Assembly (NCBI RefSeq): GCF_003710935.1
Contig: NZ_RHHS01000047.1
Span: 65,648-97,647 of the forward strand
DNA: 32,000 nucleotides
Reading direction: 5' to 3'
Source of the DNA: Brevibacillus gelatini
GTDB taxonomy: Bacteria; Bacillota; Bacilli; Brevibacillales; Brevibacillaceae
Shown in pieces: positions 25,581 to 32,000 of this stretch (positions are counted from its first letter, which is position 1; each line of letters starts with the position of its first letter). The position numbers were made by a program, and so were the translations under genes. A model generated the notes under the pieces. That model saw only the letters and a program-made list of their open reading frames with translations. It made no database searches and was not told where the DNA came from.

Positions 25581-26867
25581 GTGGACCGACTGACAGAAGC
25601 GGTAGAAGCGATTGCCAGCCGCAAAGAAGAGCTGTTTGCCCTTTTGGCAGAGCTCGTTTCCCATCCGACTGTTAGTCCGCCAGCGCGAAACAGCGATGCG
25701 GCGCAAACCGTACTCGCCAATCGGCTTGCAGCCATTGGCTTTGAGGTTGATCGCTGGACCGTTTACCCCGGCGACGACAATATCGTCGGACGACTGCCGG
25801 GCAGCGCTCCTGCCAAGGCGAACAGCCTGATTGTCAACGGGCACATCGACGTCGCAGAAGTCGGGGACGATGCGAGCTGGACGTATCCGCCGTTTTCCTT
25901 GACTCGCGGCGCGGACGGGCGGCTGTACGGACGCGGTGTAGCCGACATGAAGGGCGGACTGGCGGCAAGCCTGTTCGCCATCCAGATGCTGCGCGAGCAC
26001 GGCGTCGAGCTGGCAGGCGATTTGCTGTTCCAATCGGTGATTGGCGAGGAAGCGGGCGAAGCCGGAACGTTGGCTGCGCTCGAACGCGGCTATCAGGCGG
26101 ACTACGCTGTCGTTGTCGATACGAGCAACCTGCACATGCAAGGGCAGGGCGGTGTCATTACCGGATGGATCACGATTGAGAGCCCGACGACCTTGCACGA
26201 CGGGATGCGGGCACGGACGATCCATGCCGGAGGTGGCGTGCGCGGCGCGTCAGCCATCGAAAAAATGGCGAAAATCATCACCGCGCTGCAAGAACTGGAG
26301 CGGGACTGGGCTGTGATGAAGGCGTACCCCGGTTTCCCGGCTGGCAGCAATACGATCAATCCTGCCGTAATCGAGGGCGGACGCCATGCTGCGTTTATTG
26401 CGGATCGCTGCGCGCTCTGGATTACCGTTCACTTTTACCCGAACGAATCGTATGAACAGATCATTCGCGAAATCGAAGACCATGTCGGACGGGCAGCAGC
26501 GGCTGACTTGTGGTTGCGCGACCATCCTCCCGTCTTTCGCTGGGGCGGTCGCTCCATGATCGAGGATCGCGGGGAAATTTTCCCGTCCCTGGAGCTGGAT
26601 ACAAAGCATCCGGCCCTGGCGCAGCTGCAAGCCGCCTATGAGAGCGAACTGCACGCGGCGCCTGTGGTGGACATGTCGCCCACGGTCACGGACGCAGGCT
26701 GGTTCGCGCATGCCGGCATTCCTGCAGTGCTGTTCGGTCCGGGTGAATTGAAGTACGCCCATGCTGTCAACGAGTCGATTGATCCCGAACAGCTTGTCCG
26801 GTTTGCCCAGATCATGGCCCGCTTCATCGCTAGCTGGTGCAATACGTCAAAGGAAGAGAAGGAGTGA
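25581..26867 (+). CDS. M20/ArgE-DapE family deacylase, likely YlmB-type formylaminopyrimidine deformylase
   Basis: NSLIVNGHIDVAEVGDDASWTYPPFS...GRLYGRGVADMKGG...FQSVIGEEAGEAGTLAAL...AVNESIDPEQLVRFA. The thiamin salvage role is inferred from position between thiG and tenA. Confidence 0.85.
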   Translation: MDRLTEAVEAIASRKEELFALLAELVSHPTVSPPARNSDAAQTVLANRLAAIGFEVDRWTVYPGDDNIVGRLPGSAPAKANSLIVNGHIDVAEVGDDASWTYPPFSLTRGADGRLYGRGVADMKGGLAASLFAIQMLREHGVELAGDLLFQSVIGEEAGEAGTLAALERGYQADYAVVVDTSNLHMQGQGGVITGWITIESPTTLHDGMRARTIHAGGGVRGASAIEKMAKIITALQELERDWAVMKAYPGFPAGSNTINPAVIEGGRHAAFIADRCALWITVHFYPNESYEQIIREIEDHVGRAAAADLWLRDHPPVFRWGGRSMIEDRGEIFPSLELDTKHPALAQLQAAYESELHAAPVVDMSPTVTDAGWFAHAGIPAVLFGPGELKYAHAVNESIDPEQLVRFAQIMARFIASWCNTSKEEKE

Positions 26868-26876
26868 AAAGAGAGC

Positions 26877-27557
26877 ATGGCAACCTTTACAGACCGATTG
26901 TTGCGCAGTGTGGCTCCGATCTGGGAGCGCGTTCACCAGCATCCGTTCGTAACGGGTCTCGGTGACGGCACGCTTCCCGTGGAGTCGTTCAAATTTTACT
27001 TGAAGCAGGACTACATCTATCTGATTGATTACGCCAAAATGTTCGCGCTTGCAAGTGTGAAGGCATACGACCTGGAGATGAGCGCCCGGTTTGCGGCCTT
27101 GCAGGAATCGACGCTCAACATGGAGATGGAGCTGCACCGCCAGTATGCGGCCCGCTTCGGCATTTCCCGCGAGGAACTGGAAGCGACCGAGCCGTCCTTT
27201 GTCATGCTGGGCTACACCAGCTACATGCTGCGTGCCGCACACCAAGGCTCGCTGGCCGAGCTGGTCAGCGCGCTGCTTCCGTGCACGTGGAGCTACTGGG
27301 AGATCGGCAAGCGGCTGGCGCAGGTCGAAGGGGCGCTGGACCACGAGCTGTACGGCGAGTGGGTGCGCATGTACAGTTCGGACGAGTTCGGTCAGCTCGC
27401 GATCTGGCTGATCGACATCATGAACAAGCTGGCAGAAGGGAAAAACGAGCAGGAGCTGGCGAGACTGGAAGAGTATTTCGTCAACACCTCCAAGATGGAA
27501 TACATGTTCTGGGATATGGCCTATAGAGAGGAAATGTGGCCGTGCGCGATCAACTAG
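26877..27557 (+). CDS. tenA: Thiaminase II / aminopyrimidine aminohydrolase TenA
   Basis: FVTGLGDGTLPVESFKFYLKQDYIYLIDYAKMFALASVKAYD...LEATEPSFVMLGYTSYMLRAAHQGSLAELVSALLPCTWSYWEIGKRL...MEYMFWDMAYREEMW; canonical TenA. Confidence 0.95.
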   Translation: MATFTDRLLRSVAPIWERVHQHPFVTGLGDGTLPVESFKFYLKQDYIYLIDYAKMFALASVKAYDLEMSARFAALQESTLNMEMELHRQYAARFGISREELEATEPSFVMLGYTSYMLRAAHQGSLAELVSALLPCTWSYWEIGKRLAQVEGALDHELYGEWVRMYSSDEFGQLAIWLIDIMNKLAEGKNEQELARLEEYFVNTSKMEYMFWDMAYREEMWPCAIN

Positions 27558-28321
27558 CTTTTTCCAACGTCCGCTTTTCATACACAGGTACGCCGATTCT
27601 CGAAGACTTTGATCTGCGCGTGAAAAAAGGCGAGTTCGTCAGCTTGATCGGGCCAAGCGGGATCGGAAAAAGCACGTTGTTCCAACTGATCGCGGGACTT
27701 TTGCAGCCCGAACAGGGAGAAATCCGGCTGGGCGAGGAACGGATGGAACAGCGGTTGGGGCACGTAGGCTACATGCCCCAGCGCGATCTGCTCATGCCGT
27801 GGCGGACAATTGTGGAAAATGCAGCCTTGCCGCTGGAGATCAAGGGCGTGTCGAAAAAGGAAGCGCACGAGCGTGTCAGACAGGAACTGCCCCGGTACGG
27901 ATTGCAGGAGTGGGCAGACGCCTATCCTGCCCAGCTTTCCGGCGGCATGCGGCAGCGCGTCTCCTTTTTGCGGGCGCTTCTGTCCGGAACAGACCTGATG
28001 CTGCTCGACGAGCCGTTCAGCGCCCTCGATGGCATTACGCGGCTCGACATGCAGGAATGGCTGATGGAAAAATGGCAGGAGACAGGCAGTACGATGCTGA
28101 TGATTACGCACGACATCGACGAGGCGATCTTGCTCGCTGACCGCGTGATCGTCCTGTTGGGCAAGCCGATTCGCCAGCCAATCGAGCTGCACGTTTCCAT
28201 CCCTCGACCGCGAACGGTCGGCAGCCGGAATCAGCCCGGCTTTCTCGCCTTGCGCGAACAAATCTGGACCTTGCTGCGCACAGAACAGTCCAGGCTGCAG
28301 ACGCTGGGGAGGGAAGCGTGA
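27536..28321 (+). CDS. ThiZ-like ABC transporter ATP-binding protein (HMP/aminopyrimidine uptake)
   Basis: SLIGPSGIGKSTLFQLIAGL (Walker A), LSGGMRQRVSFLRAL (signature), DLMLLDEPFSALD (Walker B). GTG start inside the tenA 3' end. Confidence 0.9.
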   Translation: MAVRDQLAFSNVRFSYTGTPILEDFDLRVKKGEFVSLIGPSGIGKSTLFQLIAGLLQPEQGEIRLGEERMEQRLGHVGYMPQRDLLMPWRTIVENAALPLEIKGVSKKEAHERVRQELPRYGLQEWADAYPAQLSGGMRQRVSFLRALLSGTDLMLLDEPFSALDGITRLDMQEWLMEKWQETGSTMLMITHDIDEAILLADRVIVLLGKPIRQPIELHVSIPRPRTVGSRNQPGFLALREQIWTLLRTEQSRLQTLGREA

Positions 28322-29082
28322 TGACGAGAGGGTTTTGGTTCGGCACTTCCATCGCGCTCTTTTTCGTCGCCTGGGAGGCTGTGTGCCGCCTGCTGGCCGT
28401 GCCGCCGTTCATCTTGCCGCCGCCGAGCGCAGTCGTGCTCGCGCTGTGGGAGTTGCGCGACGCACTTCTCGGGCTGCATTTGTGGGCGACGTTGAAAGAA
28501 GTGCTGCTCGGCCTGTCTGTCTCGATTGTGTTTGGCGTTTTGCTCGCTTTTGCGATGAAGATGAGTCGAGTCGTCGAGCGACTGGTCTATCCGTATATTG
28601 TCATTTCGCAAACCGTTCCCATTATTGCATTGTCTCCTGTTTTTATTTTGTGGTTCGGATACGATTTGTCCGGAAAAATCGCGGTGACGATCCTGTTCAC
28701 TTTTTTCCCGATTGTCGTCAACACGTATGACGGACTGCGCTCTACGGACAAGGAGATGCTGCAACTGCTGAAAACAATGGGCGCTACCCGCTGGCAAATG
28801 TTCACGAAGCTGCAGTTGCCGTCGAGCCTGCCGCATTTTTTCAGCGGCTTGAAGGTGGCCGCGACTTACAGTGTCGCGGGTGCGACGATTGGGGAGTGGC
28901 TCGGTGCGAGCGAGGGGCTTGGCTACTTCGGCAGACGGGCATCGGGCAATTTTCAGGCACCTGCGCTGTTTGCCTCGGTCCTGCTGCTGTCTGTCCTGGG
29001 CATGCTGCTGTTCTGGCTCGTCGGGCGGGTCGAGCGCCGTCTGTCTCCGCATACCAAAACGAAACGCCCAATATCCAGGTAA
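28321..29082 (+). CDS. ThiX-like ABC transporter permease
   Basis: TM-rich with EWLGASEGLGYF permease motif; start overlaps the stop of the preceding gene (TGATG). Confidence 0.9.
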   Translation: MTRGFWFGTSIALFFVAWEAVCRLLAVPPFILPPPSAVVLALWELRDALLGLHLWATLKEVLLGLSVSIVFGVLLAFAMKMSRVVERLVYPYIVISQTVPIIALSPVFILWFGYDLSGKIAVTILFTFFPIVVNTYDGLRSTDKEMLQLLKTMGATRWQMFTKLQLPSSLPHFFSGLKVAATYSVAGATIGEWLGASEGLGYFGRRASGNFQAPALFASVLLLSVLGMLLFWLVGRVERRLSPHTKTKRPISR

Positions 29083-29108
29083 AAAAAGTAGGAGTAGGGA
29101 GATCAATC

Positions 29109-30146
29109 ATGAAACGGATGCATACATGGACAAAAACCATTCTGGCACTGACACTTGCCACTGGACTTGCTGCGTGCGGCAGTCAGTCCGGGACTGGCAC
29201 AACCACGCCGCAAGCACCGGCTCCGGCTGAAAATGCGGCGGAGCCTGCCGAGCTGACAATCGCGCTCGACTGGTATCCGAATGCGGTGCACTCCTTCCTG
29301 TACGCCGCAGAAGAGCAAGGCTTTTTCAAGGAAGAAAACCTCAAGGTCAACCTGCAAATGCCATCGGACAGCAATGATCCGCTGAAAATGGCGGCGGCAG
29401 GCAAAGTCGACCTGGCGATCAGCTACCAGCCGCAGCTCGTCCAGGCGCGCGCCGAAGGAATCCCGGTCGTGTCTGTCGCGGCACTCGTGCGCCATCCGCT
29501 CAACGTCATCATGACGCGCAAGGACGGCGACATCGACAGCCCGCAAAAGCTGGCAGGCAAAAAAATCGGCTATCCGTCCATTCCGCTTGACGAATCCATC
29601 GTTCGCCAGGTGGTCAAGCATGCGGGTGCAGACGACTCCGGCCTGTCCTTTACCGACATCGGCTTTGACATCGTTCCAGCCCTGACAGCGAAAAAAGTGG
29701 ACGCGGTCGTCGGCGGTTACATCAACCACGAGCAACTGATTCTGGAGAAAAACGGCATCCCGGTTCACGTCTTCAAACCGTCTGATTATGGCGTGCCGGA
29801 TTATTACGAGCTTGTGCTTGCGACCAGTGACGAGACGCTGGGCAAAAAGCAGCAGGCGGTCGAAGGCTTCCTGCGTGCGATTGGAAAAGGCCAGGACTAC
29901 GTGAAAAACAACAAGGAAAAGGCGCTCGACCTGTTGCTCGCCAAGCAAGCCGCCGAGTTCCCGCTGGAAAGAGACATCGAGACGAAAAGTCTGGACATCC
30001 TGATTCCGCTGATGGATGCGGGCGACAAGCCGTTTGGCTCCATGACAGCCGAGTCGTGGCAAACGTTGATCGACTGGATGAAAAAAGAGAAGCTGATTAC
30101 GACCGATGTGAAAGTAGAAGACATCATGCGTGATCTGCTGAAATAG
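29109..30146 (+). CDS. ThiY-like substrate-binding lipoprotein (NMT1/THI5-like domain)
   Basis: Lipobox LATGLAACG; ELTIALDWYPNAVHSFLYAAEEQGFFKEENLKVNLQMPSDSNDPLKMAAAGKVDLAISYQPQLVQARAEGIPVVSVAALVRHPLNVI. Confidence 0.92.
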   Translation: MKRMHTWTKTILALTLATGLAACGSQSGTGTTTPQAPAPAENAAEPAELTIALDWYPNAVHSFLYAAEEQGFFKEENLKVNLQMPSDSNDPLKMAAAGKVDLAISYQPQLVQARAEGIPVVSVAALVRHPLNVIMTRKDGDIDSPQKLAGKKIGYPSIPLDESIVRQVVKHAGADDSGLSFTDIGFDIVPALTAKKVDAVVGGYINHEQLILEKNGIPVHVFKPSDYGVPDYYELVLATSDETLGKKQQAVEGFLRAIGKGQDYVKNNKEKALDLLLAKQAAEFPLERDIETKSLDILIPLMDAGDKPFGSMTAESWQTLIDWMKKEKLITTDVKVEDIMRDLLK

Positions 30147-30160
30147 ACAGAGCGAAAAAG

Positions 30161-30238
30161 CAAAACCCCCTGTTAGCCAAACAGCCTGGTACGAGCATGT
30201 TCTCGTTTTGCCAGGGTGAGGCTGGCGGGGGGTTTTTA
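30161..30238 (+). terminator. Long nested-stem intrinsic terminator of the thi cluster
   Basis: AACCCCC / GGGGGTT with nested AGCC/GGCT, CCTGG/CCAGG and ACGAG/CTCGT, then TTTTT. Confidence 0.8.
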
Positions 30239-30258
30239 TGTTAGCTTGCCATTGTCAG

Positions 30259-30333
30259 TTGACTGGAAAGGTTTTACATGGTATGTTTAAGTTAGTTATT
30301 TTGATAAATTTCTAAATATCTAATAAAGATATT
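30259..30333 (+). promoter_or_regulatory. sdpR promoter region and autorepressor-type operator
   Basis: TTGACT-17 nt-TATGTT promoter-like sequence; perfect palindrome AATATCT AATAA AGATATT (30315-30333) 22 nt upstream of the sdpR start codon. Confidence 0.55.
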
Positions 30334-30354
30334 CTGAAAGTAGGATCGATCATT

Positions 30355-30627
30355 ATGTCCATGAATCAAGCCTTTAAAGCGCTGTCTGATCCGACAAGGA
30401 GAAAGATTCTCGACTTGCTGCGGGAAAAAGACAGAACGGCTGGCGAAATCGCCGAACATTTTCAAATGACAAAACCGAGCATCTCCCATCACCTCAACCT
30501 GTTGAAGCAGGCGGAAATGGTCTTTGACGAGCGAAAAGGGCAAAACATCTACTACTCGTTAAATACGACCGTTTTTCAGGACCTGTTGAAATGGTTTATT
30601 CAATTCCATTCGAAAGAGGAGCAATGA
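30355..30627 (+). CDS. SdpR-like ArsR-family autorepressor
   Basis: MSMNQAFKALSDPTRRKILDLLREKDRTAGEIAEHFQMTKPSISHHLNLLKQAEMVFDERKGQNIYYSLNTTVFQDLLKWF. Confidence 0.92.
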   Translation: MSMNQAFKALSDPTRRKILDLLREKDRTAGEIAEHFQMTKPSISHHLNLLKQAEMVFDERKGQNIYYSLNTTVFQDLLKWFIQFHSKEEQ

Positions 30628-30628
30628 C

Positions 30629-31243
30629 ATGAAAATAACCCCGATGACTACTCTGTGTTTTCTTGCCAGCATCGCGATGGCGATCATTTGTTACCCCTCC
30701 ATGCCTGACCAAATGGCCATACACTGGGGAGTGAACGGCGAGCCGGACGGCTTTGCGCCAAAGATTATCGGCGTATCGTTTGTTCCGGTGATGATGGTGC
30801 TGATCTTCCTGTCGTCCCACTATCGCAAACAGAGCTATCAAAAGTTCCAAAGCAGCATGGACGCGATATGGAACACGCTGATGGTTGCGCTTCTCGTCAT
30901 CCACGGCCTTATCATCGCATATGGTTACGGATATATGGTAAACATGGCGACCGCCGCGACGCTCATTCTCGGAATGCTGTTCATTACCATGGGAAATTTT
31001 ATGCCGCGTTTTCGCCACAACTATTTGATCGGGATACGCACGCCCTGGACGCTGGCTAGTGAAAAGGTATGGAAAATGACCCACAAACTGGCGTCCCGTG
31101 TGTTTTTTATCGGCGGGCTGCTCATCGTCCTGACTGTATTTTTGCCGTCACCCGCTCACTTCATTGTGCTGCTGCTCATCATAGCGGCCACGATCCTTGC
31201 CGCGATCTGGAGCAGCTTCTACTACGCCAAGAGGAGGAAATAA
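30629..31243 (+). CDS. SdpI-like immunity family membrane protein
   Basis: MPDQMAIHWGVNGEPDGFAPK (DUF1648-type) and ATLILGMLFITMGNFMPRFRHNYLIGIRTPWTLASEKVWKMTHKLASRVFFIGG (SdpI domain). Confidence 0.93.
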   Translation: MKITPMTTLCFLASIAMAIICYPSMPDQMAIHWGVNGEPDGFAPKIIGVSFVPVMMVLIFLSSHYRKQSYQKFQSSMDAIWNTLMVALLVIHGLIIAYGYGYMVNMATAATLILGMLFITMGNFMPRFRHNYLIGIRTPWTLASEKVWKMTHKLASRVFFIGGLLIVLTVFLPSPAHFIVLLLIIAATILAAIWSSFYYAKRRK

Positions 31244-31244
31244 C

Positions 31245-32000
31245 ATGAAAAATTTGAAAATAGCGGTTCTGCTGGCGGTGTTAAGCGCAATCGGCTTTCT
31301 TGCGGCCACTCCTTATTTGCTGACGATGATCGGGGATGCGATCGCCATGGTGCCTCTTCCGGTGCCGGCTGTCATTGCATTGTTTGTTTTGCAGGGCGGC
31401 ATCACGGCATTTCTGCTTGCGTGGGCCGGATTGACATTGGCAGGCAAGGTCGGGCTCGATGCGCCAATCTTGCGGAACTGGCTGTATAAAACGGGGGGAG
31501 CATCCTTTACCGGACCAGGAATCGTACAGGCGGTCATCTTTGGGCTGATCGGCACGCTGCTGATCTATTTGCTGGAACGGCAAATTTTCCAGCCGCTGCT
31601 GCCGATTCTCGCGGAAAAGGCCCAGGACTTGAACACACCGGTTTGGGCGGGGGTCTTGACGGCGATTCAAGGCGGCGTGTACGAGGAAGTAATGGTGCGG
31701 CTGTTCATGATGACACTCGTCGTCTGGATATTGAGCAAGCTGTTCGAGCGCAAGTCTGCTCCCCAGGCCTGGATGTACTGGGCCGGAATCATCACAGCAG
31801 CCTTTTTGTTCGGACTTGGCCATCTTCCTGCGGCGTCCGTCTATTTTGGCGAGATTACACCGCTCTTGTTCGTGCGGACGATTGCCTTGAACGGGGTGGC
31901 AGGCATATTGTTCGGCTACCTGTACTGGAAACGCGGGCTGGAGTACGCCATGGTTGCTCACGCGATAGGGGATATCCTGCTTCACGGCTTTTTAAGCTGA
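31245..32000 (+). CDS. CPBP-family intramembrane glutamic endopeptidase (CAAX protease-like)
   Basis: Motif 1 GGVYEEVMVRLFMMT and motif 2 AAFLFGLGHLPAAS, plus AMVAHAIGDILLHG. GAGGAGG RBS before ATG 31245. Confidence 0.92.
   Translation: MKNLKIAVLLAVLSAIGFLAATPYLLTMIGDAIAMVPLPVPAVIALFVLQGGITAFLLAWAGLTLAGKVGLDAPILRNWLYKTGGASFTGPGIVQAVIFGLIGTLLIYLLERQIFQPLLPILAEKAQDLNTPVWAGVLTAIQGGVYEEVMVRLFMMTLVVWILSKLFERKSAPQAWMYWAGIITAAFLFGLGHLPAASVYFGEITPLLFVRTIALNGVAGILFGYLYWKRGLEYAMVAHAIGDILLHGFLS

Noticed and set aside
29103-30062. 319-aa minus-strand ORF opposite the ThiY-like gene
   Set aside because: Antisense shadow; the forward frame has a lipobox and SBP features and sits in an operon.

Overview
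This 32 kb window reads as ordinary chromosomal sequence from a spore-forming Gram-positive, most like a Brevibacillus/Paenibacillus-type Bacillota; the taxonomy is inferred from gene content. Recognised genes and loci include a GNAT acetyltransferase (truncated at the left edge), a YkgJ-type protein, an O-methyltransferase, a YhcN-like sporulation lipoprotein, an SBF-family transporter, a YolD-like gene behind a LexA/SOS-like box, tlp, mnmA and an ACT-domain protein. There is a cobalamin riboswitch ahead of nrdI-nrdE-nrdF. Further along are brnQ, a long-chain acyl-CoA ligase, a thioredoxin-like gene, a LysM + GH18 YaaH/SleL-type protein, an AlaX-like editing protein and kapB. A TPP riboswitch precedes a seven-gene thiamin synthesis/salvage cluster (thiS-thiG-ylmB-like-tenA-thiZ-thiX-thiY). 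The window ends with an sdpR-sdpI-CPBP protease cluster. I found no mobile elements, CRISPR arrays, tRNAs or rRNAs that I can support. I did not find a clearly new multigene system. The most interesting unexplained signals are: (i) a 600 nt intergenic region at 3451-4066 with three serial intrinsic terminators, each preceded by a -10 or promoter-like sequence, two of which look like diverged copies of one small unit; (ii) a 17-bp perfect inverted repeat and a second palindrome in a promoter spacer upstream of a thioredoxin-like gene; (iii) a mini-ORF plus competing hairpins ahead of brnQ; (iv) a structured, ORF-free region at 21790-21936; (v) a 16-bp hairpin just before the AlaX-like RBS; and (vi) the sdpRI-CPBP cluster with no toxin gene visible. 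All assignments come from reading the sequence by eye; no database searches were run.
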